Below, one piece after another: positions 38,083-47,714 of a stretch of DNA of 64,000 bases (position 1 is the stretch's first letter; the number at the start of each line of letters is the position of its first letter). The stretch is taken from NCBI GenBank assembly GCA_039591655.1, contig JBDHDE010000030.1:1266-65265 (forward strand), read 5' to 3'. The stretch is from Gemmatimonadota bacterium. Its GTDB lineage: Bacteria > Gemmatimonadota > Gemmatimonadetes > Gemmatimonadales > GWC2-71-9. A model generated the notes under the pieces. The model saw only the letters and a program-made list of their open reading frames with translations, made no database searches and was not told where the DNA came from. Both the position numbers and the translations under genes were made by a program.

Positions 38083-38567
38083 TATCGGGTAGGGTCGCGG
38101 CCATCGCCGCCATCGCGGCACTCGCCTGCGGCGACGCGGCGCCGCAGCGCACACTGGCGGCCGGGGGATCGGGTCTCTCCGTGTACGACGCCCTCGCGCC
38201 GGCCTCGGCCGCGCCCGACGTGGCATCACTCTACTTCGCCATCGAGAACGCGGGGGAGCTGCCCGACACGCTGCTTGGTGTCGCGACCCCCGCGGGCTCG
38301 GCCATGCTACACGACGTCATCACCGACGATGCCGGTCGCACCCGCATGGAGCACGTGATGGCGCTGGAGATCCCCCCGGGGTCCTGGGTTCGGCTCGCCC
38401 CCGGCAGCTACCATGTGATGATCACCGGGCTCGCCCAACCCCTGGCGGTGGGGGACACCATTGCCGTCGCGCTGGCCTTCGCCCGGGCGGACACGCTGCG
38501 GTTCCGGGCTCCGGTCCTCACCTACACGGAAGTGGTGCAGCGCCTGGAGCGGCACGCGTCCCGATGA
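38079..38567 (+). CDS. copper chaperone PCu(A)C (DUF461)
   Basis: ATG 38079 overlaps the SCO1 stop (ATGA). It has a signal peptide and H/M-rich copper motifs: AMLHDV...RMEHVMAL...GSYHVMITG. Confidence 0.8.
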   Translation: MISGRVAAIAAIAALACGDAAPQRTLAAGGSGLSVYDALAPASAAPDVASLYFAIENAGELPDTLLGVATPAGSAMLHDVITDDAGRTRMEHVMALEIPPGSWVRLAPGSYHVMITGLAQPLAVGDTIAVALAFARADTLRFRAPVLTYTEVVQRLERHASR

Positions 38568-39424
38568 CCTGGTGGTGCTCGGCGCAGGGCGCGCCCTGGA
38601 CGTGGAGCTGGCAGCCGTACATCGGAGTGTGGCTCCTGGTCGCGCTGCTGCTGGGGGGCTACCTGGCCGCCTTGCGGTGGCTCGCGCCGCCGGATGAGCG
38701 CCCCCCGGCCAGTAGGGGGCAAGTCACCTCCTACGTCCTGGGAGCTCTGGTCATCTGGGCCGCCGCGGACTGGCCGGTCGGCCCGCTGGGCGCGGGCTAC
38801 CTGGTGAGCGTGCACACGGTGCAGTACCTGCTCTTCTCCCTGGTGGCGCCGCCGTTGCTCCTGCACGGCACACCCCGCTGGCTGCTGCACCGCTTGATCC
38901 GGCCGTCGTGGGCGAACCACACCGCCCGGGTCCTGAGCCGGCCACTCATTGCATTCGCGATCTTCAACGTGGTGTTGGTGGCGACCCACCTGCCGGCGGC
39001 GGTGAACGGGCTCGGCGCCTCGCAGCTCGGCTCCTTCGCCAAGGACATGGCGTGGCTCGGAGCGGGGCTGGTCTTCTGGTGGCAGGTGCTGGCGCCGCTC
39101 CCGGACCTGCACCCCATGGGGTATCCAGGGCGAATCCTGTTCGTGCTATTGAACGTGTTCATTCCCACCGTGCCGGCGGCGTTCCTCACGTTCGCCGACT
39201 ACCCGATCTACGCACTGTACGAGCTGGCACCGCCCATCGGAGGGCTCTCTGCCGCAGAGGATCAGCAGCTGGCGGGTCTGATCATGAAGGTCCTGGGTGG
39301 GTTCATCATCTTCGGGACCGCGTCGGTGCTGTTCTTCAGGTGGTATGCAGTCGAAGAGGCGGCGCCGCTGCAGGCGAACCTGTCGGACGGGGGAGAGGAG
39401 AGAGCACAGACCGAAGCTCAGTAG
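38564..39424 (+). CDS. ctaG: cytochrome c oxidase assembly factor CtaG (caa3 type) family membrane protein
   Basis: There is an ATGA overlap with the upstream gene. It is a polytopic membrane protein, MTWWCSAQGAPWTWSWQPYIGVWLL...VHTVQYLLFSLVAPPLLL...LNVFIPTVPAAFLTFA, which fits the Caa3_CtaG pattern. Confidence 0.75.
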   Translation: MTWWCSAQGAPWTWSWQPYIGVWLLVALLLGGYLAALRWLAPPDERPPASRGQVTSYVLGALVIWAAADWPVGPLGAGYLVSVHTVQYLLFSLVAPPLLLHGTPRWLLHRLIRPSWANHTARVLSRPLIAFAIFNVVLVATHLPAAVNGLGASQLGSFAKDMAWLGAGLVFWWQVLAPLPDLHPMGYPGRILFVLLNVFIPTVPAAFLTFADYPIYALYELAPPIGGLSAAEDQQLAGLIMKVLGGFIIFGTASVLFFRWYAVEEAAPLQANLSDGGEERAQTEAQ

Positions 39425-39442
39425 GGCTTCTTCCCGCCCTCC

Positions 39443-39823
39443 TCAGCGCCTCTCAGCCTCCTCATCCAACCCGGGATACGCCACCAGGTCCTCCCTCCGG
39501 AACATCAGCACCAGGCGCCCCACACGCTCCTCCGCCGGCTCCACCACCTCGCCGAAGTGCTCGCGGGCGAGTTGCGCGATTTTACCCACGGTGCGCGCCC
39601 CGTCCAGGTGCAGCCACACGAACGCGCCGCGATCGTCCAACCGCATACGAGGCATGGCCAGCCAGTACTGCAGCCACTGGAGCGTCGCTCCGATCCCCCG
39701 GCGCGCGGGCTTGGGGCGGATGATGGTGAGGCTCCCCTTCTCCTCCTCCCACTCCGCCAGCCGCACCGGGGCGATCTTCAGGAGGTTGATCTGCTCCAGG
39801 TCCTCACGGGTCAGTCGCTTCAT
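39443..39823 (-). CDS. PqqD-family (RiPP-recognition-element-like) protein
   Basis: LDDRGAFVWLHLDGARTVGKIAQLAREHFGEVVEPAEERVGRLVLMFRREDLV matches the PqqD pattern (LD..G..IW.L.DG..T...I...L......) . There is an N-terminal extension of about 55 aa. Codon usage is GC3-rich. Confidence 0.65.
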   Translation of the reverse strand: MKRLTREDLEQINLLKIAPVRLAEWEEEKGSLTIIRPKPARRGIGATLQWLQYWLAMPRMRLDDRGAFVWLHLDGARTVGKIAQLAREHFGEVVEPAEERVGRLVLMFRREDLVAYPGLDEEAERR

Positions 39824-39854
39824 GATCGGAACATGCCACCGTGGCGCCGATACG

Positions 39855-39880
39855 AAAACCGCCTCCCGTTAGGGAGGCGG
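39855..39880 (-). terminator. intrinsic terminator after the OPT transporter gene
   Basis: The perfect 9-bp stem ccgcctccc / gggaggcgg (39859-39867 / 39872-39880) has a 4-nt loop. On the minus strand it is followed directly by TTTT (39855-39858). Confidence 0.8.
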
Positions 39881-39906
39881 TCTTCGTACCAGGACCCGCC
39901 CGGGGA

Positions 39907-41898
39907 CTACTCCGGGATTCTAGAGGCCGGGATCCCACTCTCCCTGCCCGTGCGCACCGAGAACCACACCAGCAGGTAGATCACCACCGGGAAGATGATG
40001 AGGCTGGCCCAGAAGTTCGGTGTGACGTTCGCAGTGAGCCCCTGGAAGCCCAGCAGCCACGGCGCGAAGTCGCCGCCGATGACCACCAGCGCGATGACCA
40101 CGGCCATGAGGGACTCGCCGGCGATGAACCCCGAGGAGAGCAGCACGCCAGTGTTCTCGGCCCGCTGCTTCTCGTCGGCGGAGAAGCCCTGCTGCTTCAC
40201 CCGCTGGTCGAACAGCCACTTGATGAGCCCGCCCACGAAGATAGCCGCCGTGGAATAGAACGGCAGGTACATACCCACCGCCACCAGCATCGGGGCCGGC
40301 GACCTGATCAGAATCAGTCCCAGGGCGAGGAACATGCCCGCGATCACCAGCGGCCAGGCCATCTCGCCGGCCACGATGCCGTTGGCCATGAGGGCCATGA
40401 GGCCCGCCTGGGGCGCCGGCAGATCGGCGGAGCCGATGGTGTAGACGCGGTGCAGCGCCATCAGCGGCAGCGCCAACACCATGGCGGCGAAGATCACCCC
40501 GATGATCTCGCCGATCTCCATGCGCCACGGCGTCCCGCCCAGGATGTGTCCCACCTTCAGGTCTTGCATCATGTCGCCGGCGATGCCCGCCGTGCAGCAC
40601 ACCACACCTGCCACGCCGAGGACGCCCGCGACCCCCTGCACGCTGGTCACGCCGAGGGCCACCATCAGGACGGCTGCGATCAGCAGGGCGCTCAGGGTGA
40701 GACCGGAAATCGGGTTGTTGGAGCTGCCGATCAGGGCCACGAGGTACCCCGCCACGGCCGCAAACAGGAACCCGAGCACCACCATCACGATCGTGAGCGT
40801 CAGCGCGCCCTTGAACGACTGCGCGAAGTAGTAATAGAGGAAGAAGGTCGCGATGGCCGCGCCGCCGATGGCGACGAAGATCCGCTTGAGCGGCAGGTCG
40901 ATCTCGGTTCGTTCGCCCACTTGTTCCCCGCCGGCAAGACCGATGTTCCGCAGCGCCTTGCCGATGCCTGCGACCAGAGGGCCGCGCAGGCTGTACAGCG
41001 TGTAGAATGCCGCGACGATCATCGCGCCCACCGCCAGCGGCCGCACCTGCCGCGACCACACGTCCATGGCCAGGTCGGTCATGCTGTGATCGGGCCCGAG
41101 GTTCGCGGCCAGCGACGGGTTCAAGAACAGGGACAGGGGCACCAGCACGAGCCAGCCCATCACCGCGCCACTGAACAGGACGTTGGAGATGCGCGTCCCC
41201 ACGATGAACCCCACGCCCATCAGCATCGGCGAGGCATTGGGCGAGTAGACCAGCGCCCCGCCGGTGTAGTCCACCCGCTGGCTCGCGACCTCGATGGTCG
41301 ACTGCCCGAAGGTGAAGAAGCGGCTCACGTGGTCGGTCACCAGGGTCATGCCCCGGGAGTTCTTGATCAGCTCCCAGAATCCCGCGAGCCCCAAGGCGGC
41401 GAACAGGAACCTGGCTCCGGTCTGTCCACCCTGACCCGCCTTCACGATCTCCGAGGCGGCCACCGCCTCGGGGAACGGCAGATCGGCCTCTACCACCAGC
41501 GTGCGGCGCAGCACGATCACGAACAGCACGCCCAGCACGCCACCGATGAGCATGATCGCCGTGCTCGGGATGTAGTGCAGCTCATCCCAAGCCCCGCTCA
41601 ACACGAACGCGGGGATGGTGAAGATGGCCCCGGCGACCAGCGCCTCGCCCACCGACGCCGTGGTCCGGGCGATGTTCTCCTCCAGGACCGTACCGCCGAA
41701 GCCTCGCAGCACCGCCATGGCCACCACGGCCGCGGGGAAGGTCGCCGCGACCGTGAGGCCCGCCGTCATGCCGACGTAGGCATTCGCGGCCCCCAGGACG
41801 ACCGCCATGATCACACCGAGGATGAGCGCCTTGGCGGTGAGCTCCGCCATGCTCGTAGTGGCCGGGACAAACGGAGTGAACGACTTGTGATCTGCCAT
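39907..41898 (-). CDS. OPT family oligopeptide transporter
   Basis: The product is about 660 aa with many TM helices. MADHKSFTPFVPATTSMAELTAKALILGVIMAVVLGAANAYVGMTAGLTV... is typical of the OPT superfamily. The ATG is at 41898 (or 41904). Confidence 0.88.
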   Translation of the reverse strand: MADHKSFTPFVPATTSMAELTAKALILGVIMAVVLGAANAYVGMTAGLTVAATFPAAVVAMAVLRGFGGTVLEENIARTTASVGEALVAGAIFTIPAFVLSGAWDELHYIPSTAIMLIGGVLGVLFVIVLRRTLVVEADLPFPEAVAASEIVKAGQGGQTGARFLFAALGLAGFWELIKNSRGMTLVTDHVSRFFTFGQSTIEVASQRVDYTGGALVYSPNASPMLMGVGFIVGTRISNVLFSGAVMGWLVLVPLSLFLNPSLAANLGPDHSMTDLAMDVWSRQVRPLAVGAMIVAAFYTLYSLRGPLVAGIGKALRNIGLAGGEQVGERTEIDLPLKRIFVAIGGAAIATFFLYYYFAQSFKGALTLTIVMVVLGFLFAAVAGYLVALIGSSNNPISGLTLSALLIAAVLMVALGVTSVQGVAGVLGVAGVVCCTAGIAGDMMQDLKVGHILGGTPWRMEIGEIIGVIFAAMVLALPLMALHRVYTIGSADLPAPQAGLMALMANGIVAGEMAWPLVIAGMFLALGLILIRSPAPMLVAVGMYLPFYSTAAIFVGGLIKWLFDQRVKQQGFSADEKQRAENTGVLLSSGFIAGESLMAVVIALVVIGGDFAPWLLGFQGLTANVTPNFWASLIIFPVVIYLLVWFSVRTGRESGIPASRIPE

Positions 41899-42022
41899 AA
41901 GCATTCTCGGGATAAGGTCAAAACCTCGCGCATTGTAGTCCCTCGCGCGAAGCCCTGTCAAACGCGGAGGCTCGTGCGCCGCTGGCAAGGGCAGTAGAAT
42001 ACGGGCCTCACCAGGAGGCAGC

Positions 42023-43474
42023 ATGAGCTTTGTCGCAGATCTAGAGCCCAAGGCCCTGTGGGGCCATTTCGATCAGATTCTCACCATCCCCCGCGGCTCC
42101 AAGGAGGAGGAGCGGATGCGCGACTACGTGGTCGGCGTCGCGGAGCGGGCCGGTCTCGCATGCGAGGTGGACCAGGCGGGGAACGTGGTGGTTCGCAAGC
42201 CCGGCACCAAGGGATGGGAGAAGGCGCCCGTCACCATTCTCCAGAGTCATCTGGATATGGTGAATGAGAAGAACTCCGACGTGACGCATGACTTCTCCAA
42301 GGACGCCATCAAGCCGCAGCGTGACGGCGACTACCTCAAAGCCAGCGGCACCACCCTCGGATCCGACAACGGCATCGGTGTGGCGACTATGCTGGCCATT
42401 CTCGAATCGCGGGACCTGAGCCACGGCCCCCTCGAGCTGCTGTTCACGGTGGACGAGGAGACTGGGCTCACGGGAGCCGCGGCGCTAAAGGGCGACATGC
42501 TCGAGGGCCGGCGGCTCATCAACCTCGACTCCGAGGAGGAGAACGCGGTGTACGTGGGCTGCGCCGGAGGGGCGGACAGCAACCTGACGCTCCCGCTTTC
42601 CACCACCGCGGCTCCCAAGAAAGCCGTCGCGCTCCGCATCAGGCTGCACGGGCTGAAGGGCGGCCACTCCGGCGTGGACATCCACCTGCAGCGGGGCAAC
42701 GCGACCAAGCTGCTGGCCCGCGCCCTGTACGCCATCTCCCTCGAGACCCCGCTTCAGCTGGCCGACATCGAGGGCGGCAACAAGCACAACGCCATTCCGC
42801 GGGAGGCGTTTGCCACGGTGGTGGTGGATGCCGGCAGCGAGGCAACCTTCACGCAGGCGCTGGAGCGGGAGTTCGCCGCCTTCCGGGAAGAGTACCGGCC
42901 GGCGGAGCCCAACATGCAGCTTGAGGTGAGCAAGGCGAAGGCGCCCGCCCAGGTGTGGGACGAGGCCACTACTGGACTCGTATTGCGGCTGCTCGACGCC
43001 CTGCCCCACGGCGTGCTGGGCATGAGCTACGACATCCCCGAGCTGGTGGAGACCTCCACCAACCTGGCTACCGTGGCGGTGAAGGACGGGGCGCTGGTCA
43101 TCGGGCTGAGCAGCCGGTCGTCGGTGGCCTCGGCGCTGACGGCGCTGCGACAGCATATCCGGGCGACGGCGCAGCTCGCCGGCGCCGAGGTCGAGGAGGG
43201 GAACGGCTACCCGGGATGGAAGCCGAACCTCGAGTCGCACGTGCTCAAGACCCTGAAGCAGGTGCACCAGAAGGAGTTGGGGACCGAGCCCGAGATCAAG
43301 GCGATCCACGCCGGCCTGGAGTGCGGCCTGATCGGCGAGAAGGTGCCGGGCATGGACATGGCTTCGTTCGGGCCGCAGATCGAGTTCCCCCATTCACCGG
43401 ACGAGCGCGTGAAGATCGACTCGGTCGACCGGTTCTACCGCGTGATCACCGCCACCCTCGAGGCCCTGGCGTGA
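42023..43474 (+). CDS. pepD: aminoacyl-histidine dipeptidase (M20 family, PepD-like)
   Basis: An AGGAGG Shine-Dalgarno precedes the start. The product has LEPKALWGHFDQILTIPRGSKEE..., LQSHLDMV, GTTLGSDNGIG and a HAGLECG-containing C-terminus. Confidence 0.88.
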   Translation: MSFVADLEPKALWGHFDQILTIPRGSKEEERMRDYVVGVAERAGLACEVDQAGNVVVRKPGTKGWEKAPVTILQSHLDMVNEKNSDVTHDFSKDAIKPQRDGDYLKASGTTLGSDNGIGVATMLAILESRDLSHGPLELLFTVDEETGLTGAAALKGDMLEGRRLINLDSEEENAVYVGCAGGADSNLTLPLSTTAAPKKAVALRIRLHGLKGGHSGVDIHLQRGNATKLLARALYAISLETPLQLADIEGGNKHNAIPREAFATVVVDAGSEATFTQALEREFAAFREEYRPAEPNMQLEVSKAKAPAQVWDEATTGLVLRLLDALPHGVLGMSYDIPELVETSTNLATVAVKDGALVIGLSSRSSVASALTALRQHIRATAQLAGAEVEEGNGYPGWKPNLESHVLKTLKQVHQKELGTEPEIKAIHAGLECGLIGEKVPGMDMASFGPQIEFPHSPDERVKIDSVDRFYRVITATLEALA

Positions 43475-44538
43475 ACGCCCCTTCCAAGAAGTTCCTCCGG
43501 GCGCTGCTCGACACTCCGGGGCCGTCGGGGTTCGAGACAGCCCCGGCCGGGGTGTGGCGCAAGGAGGCGCAGCGCTTCGCGGACGAGGTGACGGCCGACG
43601 TGTCCGGCAACTCCGTCGCCGCCGTCAATCCGGCAGGCACACCCCGTATCATGCTCGCCGGCCACATCGACGAGATTGGCCTGATGATCGTCCATGTGGA
43701 CGACGAAGGCTTCCTCTACTTCTCCACCATCGGCGGATGGGACGCGCAGGTACTGGTGGGCCAGCGGGTCGCCATCGTATCCAACCAGGGCCCGGTGGAC
43801 GGCGTAATCGGCAAGAAGGCGATCCACATGCTCAACGCCGAGGAGAAGGATCGCGTGACGAAGTGCACCGATTTGTGGATCGACATCGGCGCCAAGAACA
43901 AGGATGACGCACTGAAGCGGGTCCGGATCGGTGATCCGGCCGTGCTGGCCGTGGCCGCCGTGGAGCTGCCGAACGGCCGGATTGCCTCACGTGCCATCGA
44001 CAACCGGATCGGCGCGTTCATCGTGCTGGAGGCACTGCGTCAGCTGGCCAAGCGCCAGCCCAAGGCCGGCGTGTACGCCGTCGCTACGGCGCAGGAGGAG
44101 ATCGCCTGGACGGGGGGCGGCGCCCGGACAGCCGCCGTTGGGCTCGATCCCGCGGTGGCGGTCGTGGTGGACGTCACTGGCGCCACAGACCATCCCAGCG
44201 TCGAGAAGAAGGAGCACGGCGATGTGAAGTTGGGGGGCGGACCGGTGCTGTCGCGTGGCTCCGCGGTGAACCCGGTGGTCTTCGATCTCCTGGTGGAGAC
44301 GGCGGAGAAGGAGAAGATCCCGTACGCCGTCCAGGCGGCGCCCCGGGACACGAGCACGGACGCCGACGCAATCTACACCGCACAGCGGGGCATCCCGACC
44401 GGGCTGGTGTCGGTGCCCAACCGGTACATGCACAGCCCCAACGAGATGGTCGACATCAAGGATCTCGACCGGACCGCCAAGCTGCTGGCGGCGTTCGCAC
44501 GGCGGGTGACCGGCAAGACGGACTTCACGCCGAAGTAG
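43471..44538 (+). CDS. M42 family metallopeptidase (FrvX/glutamyl aminopeptidase-like)
   Basis: GTG 43471 overlaps the pepD stop (GTGA). The product has LLDTPGPSGFE, LAGHIDEIGLMI, DNRIGA, QEEI and NRYMHSP. Confidence 0.85.
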   Translation: MNAPSKKFLRALLDTPGPSGFETAPAGVWRKEAQRFADEVTADVSGNSVAAVNPAGTPRIMLAGHIDEIGLMIVHVDDEGFLYFSTIGGWDAQVLVGQRVAIVSNQGPVDGVIGKKAIHMLNAEEKDRVTKCTDLWIDIGAKNKDDALKRVRIGDPAVLAVAAVELPNGRIASRAIDNRIGAFIVLEALRQLAKRQPKAGVYAVATAQEEIAWTGGGARTAAVGLDPAVAVVVDVTGATDHPSVEKKEHGDVKLGGGPVLSRGSAVNPVVFDLLVETAEKEKIPYAVQAAPRDTSTDADAIYTAQRGIPTGLVSVPNRYMHSPNEMVDIKDLDRTAKLLAAFARRVTGKTDFTPK

Positions 44539-44555
44539 GGAGAAGCGAAGGGAAA

Positions 44556-44608
44556 AGCGGGAAACGGGAAACGTAGTTGTGATACCCGCGGAGGTGTCGT
44601 TTCCCGCT
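44556..44608. terminator. inverted repeat between convergent genes (putative bidirectional terminator)
   Basis: agcgggaaacg (44556-44566) is perfectly complementary to cgtttcccgct (44598-44608). The loop is long and there is no clear U-tract. Confidence 0.45.
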
Positions 44609-44631
44609 CCCCGCTAACTGTCGCCCTGCAG

Positions 44632-46281
44632 CTACCGGCTCCCCAACCCCTTCCGGGCCGCTTCCCGTACGTCCCTGTTGCGGTCCTTGCGCAACGACAG
44701 GAGCACGTCCCGCGCCGCATTGCCGCCGGCGAGGGCCAGCGCCTCCGTGGCTGCGACGCGCTGAGCGGGCGCCCGGCGCTTCTTCAGCAGCCCGCCGGCG
44801 TTCACCGCGTTGGCCAGCGCCTGCACCGCGTCCGGGGTGCCGATCCGACCCAGCGCCCGGTAGTACTCGCAGGAGACCTGCGGATCCTTCTCTTCCTCAG
44901 CGGCCTTGACCAACGACATCGTCAGGGGACCCAGGCCGCGTCCTGCCACCCCCTGCGCCACCGCCACCCGAACCTCGCCATCGGGATCCTTGAGGGCCCG
45001 CCGCAGGTGTCGCACGGCATCCGCCGTGCCGATCTTGGCCAGCGCGGCAGCAGCAGCGCGCCGCACCCGAGCATCGGCGTGGTCCATGGTGTCCCCCAGG
45101 TCCGGCACGGCCTCCTGGAACCTGAGCTCTCCCACGAGATCGGCGGCGTTGCGCACCACGAACCACTCAGGGTGGCGCAGCATGCTGGCGACGGCGTCTC
45201 CACCCTCCTCGATCAGCCGCAGCGCTGCCAGGTAGGCTTTGCGCTCAGCAAAGGTGGGCGCCTCGACCAGCAGGTCCATCAGCGCCTTCGACGCCGGGGC
45301 GCCGGCCCGGCGCACGACCTTGAGGAGGTCGGCCTGGAACACCTCGTCCATCAGGTAGCGTGCTATCTGCCGGATTGTCTCGTAATACAGGATGCGCCGC
45401 AGGGCGATCCCATAGGTGTTGCGATCTTCCTCCGAGGACGTCTCCTCCTCGAGGTTGACCAGACCCACCAGGGCCTCGATCACCTGCTCGATCTCCTCGT
45501 CTCGCAACGCTTGGAGGATGTTGCTCTCGATCTTCCCCAACTCCGTGACGAGGGACGACCCGGCCGGCACTTCTCGCAGGCGGTTGACGCTCTCGGAGAG
45601 CGTCCCGCTCCTGACCGGCATCTCCCGCAGCATCTCCTGGAAGGTGGCGCCGTCGCTGTAGGTGGCATCAGCGGCCGTTGGCTCGAACCCCTCGGCAATC
45701 TCCCCCTGCTGGGCCAGCTCCCCTGTCGCCTCGAGCGCGTCACTGACTCGCATCTCGTGGCTCGCCCGGTCCGTCTCCGTGCTCACCAGCACGATGCTAG
45801 CCACGTGCGCACCGCGCAGTTCCCGCTCCAGCTCCGCCGCATTGCCGGCCCGCACGGGATCCCGCGCCAAAGGCCGCAGCAGTTGCATGAAATCGAGGGC
45901 GGAGGCCCGATGGGCGATGATGATGGCGGCGACCCCGTGAATCCGCATCTGGCCGACGAGCATGCCTACGAACGGCGTGTCGTCCGGCACCGGCACGCCT
46001 TCGACGGTGAGCCCGGAGCTGCCAAGCCGCACGCTGGCGCTTCCCTGAGCGGCCAGCGTCACCAAGCTCCGCAGCGTAGCCTTGGTCTCTCTGGTGGCGT
46101 CCGGAAACCGGCGCAGCAGGTCCACCATGCCCCCCAGCAGGACGGCGTACTTCACCTCATCCAGCATGGGAGTCACTGGGTACTCGTAGGGAAGAGCAAC
46201 GACGGTACCGTTGGGCGCACTTGCAACGCTACCCCCGACGACGAAGAGTTCCTGAGTTGCAGCACCGATGCCCGGATTCAC
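44632..46281 (-). CDS. HEAT-repeat protein with an uncharacterised N-terminal region
   Basis: AAGGAGGG plus a 9-nt spacer precedes GTG 46281. The C-terminal third has PBS-lyase/HEAT-like repeats (DARVRRAAAAALAKIGTADAVRHL..., DPDGEVRVAVAQG, DRNRDVREAARKGL). Confidence 0.7.
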   Translation of the reverse strand: MNPGIGAATQELFVVGGSVASAPNGTVVALPYEYPVTPMLDEVKYAVLLGGMVDLLRRFPDATRETKATLRSLVTLAAQGSASVRLGSSGLTVEGVPVPDDTPFVGMLVGQMRIHGVAAIIIAHRASALDFMQLLRPLARDPVRAGNAAELERELRGAHVASIVLVSTETDRASHEMRVSDALEATGELAQQGEIAEGFEPTAADATYSDGATFQEMLREMPVRSGTLSESVNRLREVPAGSSLVTELGKIESNILQALRDEEIEQVIEALVGLVNLEEETSSEEDRNTYGIALRRILYYETIRQIARYLMDEVFQADLLKVVRRAGAPASKALMDLLVEAPTFAERKAYLAALRLIEEGGDAVASMLRHPEWFVVRNAADLVGELRFQEAVPDLGDTMDHADARVRRAAAAALAKIGTADAVRHLRRALKDPDGEVRVAVAQGVAGRGLGPLTMSLVKAAEEEKDPQVSCEYYRALGRIGTPDAVQALANAVNAGGLLKKRRAPAQRVAATEALALAGGNAARDVLLSLRKDRNRDVREAARKGLGSR

Positions 46282-46403
46282 GAAGATAGTCCCTCCTTGT
46301 GAGGCCGCAAACGCCTACCTCCCCGAGGCCGCTCCCCTCCGTGACGCCCCACCCTGTTAAGTTTCGGCTTCCTCTAAACCTGAGATTCCGTGGGAGCAGC
46401 TCG

Positions 46404-47693
46404 ATGACACTGGAGCACTGCAAGAGACGCGCCACCGGCCGGGTGGCCATTCGGGTGCTGGGGGCGCTGACGCCGCTCACTGTACTGGCGGGGACGGCAC
46501 TGGCACAGTCACCAGCCGCGGCTGAGCGCGTCCTGGACGACGTCTGGTACCTGGCTGCGGACGTGCGGGAGGGCCGGGGGGTCGGCACGGCGGGGCTGGA
46601 TTCCGCCGCGCACCACATCGCGGGGCGTTTCGCCCAGATCGGGCTGGAGCCGGCGGGCACCGACGCCTACTTCCAGCCGTTCGAGATCGACCCCAGCGCA
46701 CCCGGGGCGGCGCACACCGATCTCGGCGGCTCGCGCGTGATGAACGTGCTGGGGTTGATCCCCGGTCGCGGGGCCCTGGCAAACGAGGTCGTCGTGCTGG
46801 GCGCCCATTACGACCATCTGGGCTACGGCGGCGCGTTCAGCCTCGACCCGGACAGCGCCGGCGTGGTGCACAACGGCGCCGACGACAACGCTTCCGGGAC
46901 CGCGGCTCTGATCGAGACCGCACGGCAGCTCGTTGGCCGCGCCGCGGTGGAGCACCGGGCGTTCCTGTTCATCGCGTTTACCGCCGAGGAGCTCGGCACC
47001 ATCGGATCGCAGTACTACGCGGGCCATCCCGTGCTGCCGAACGAAGCCTCCCATGCGATGCTCAACTTCGACATGGTGGGGCGGCTGCGCCACGACTCCC
47101 TCATCGTGATCGGCGGGGGTTCGGCGGAGCAGTGGCGGGGGCTAATCGAGGCCGCAAACAGGGACCATCGGTTCGCCATCAGCTGGCAGGAGGATCCCTG
47201 GGGCCGGAGCGACCACTCCTCCTTCTACGCGGTGCAGATCCCGGTGGTGCACTTCTTCACCAACGTGCACGAGGATTACCACCGCGCGACGGACGACTGG
47301 GACAAGATCAACACGGAGGGCATCGCCAAGATCGCCGCGTTCGCCGCCGATCTCGCCTGGGACCTGGCGCAGCGCACCGAGCCCCTCACCTACCTGGAGG
47401 TGGCGCCCCCACCTCCGCCAACGGCACAGGCGGGGCGGCGCGCCTCCCTCGGGACGATCCCCGACATGACCGAGTCCCCCGGCGGGGTGCGCCTCACCGG
47501 CGTGCGCAGCGGCAGCGCCGCCGAGGAGGCCGGGCTCCAGGCGGGCGACATCATCGTGCAGATCGGCGAGCACGAGGTGCCGAACCTGATGGGCCTGCAG
47601 TCCGCTCTCGTTGCACACCAGGCCGGCGACGTGGTCACCATCGTCTTCATCCGGGAGGGCGAGCGGATGGAGGCGACGGCGACGCTGCGGTGA
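46404..47693 (+). CDS. M28 family peptidase with a C-terminal PDZ domain, secreted
   Basis: GGGAG plus a 7-nt spacer precedes ATG 46404. It has a signal peptide, then VVLGAHYDHLGYGG, NGADDNASGTAALIE, FTAEELGTIGS and NFDMVG. The PDZ domain reads GVRLTGVRSGSAAEEAGLQAGDIIVQIG. Confidence 0.85.
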   Translation: MTLEHCKRRATGRVAIRVLGALTPLTVLAGTALAQSPAAAERVLDDVWYLAADVREGRGVGTAGLDSAAHHIAGRFAQIGLEPAGTDAYFQPFEIDPSAPGAAHTDLGGSRVMNVLGLIPGRGALANEVVVLGAHYDHLGYGGAFSLDPDSAGVVHNGADDNASGTAALIETARQLVGRAAVEHRAFLFIAFTAEELGTIGSQYYAGHPVLPNEASHAMLNFDMVGRLRHDSLIVIGGGSAEQWRGLIEAANRDHRFAISWQEDPWGRSDHSSFYAVQIPVVHFFTNVHEDYHRATDDWDKINTEGIAKIAAFAADLAWDLAQRTEPLTYLEVAPPPPPTAQAGRRASLGTIPDMTESPGGVRLTGVRSGSAAEEAGLQAGDIIVQIGEHEVPNLMGLQSALVAHQAGDVVTIVFIREGERMEATATLR

Positions 47694-47714
47694 CGCGGGC
47701 CACCTGGAGAAGCA

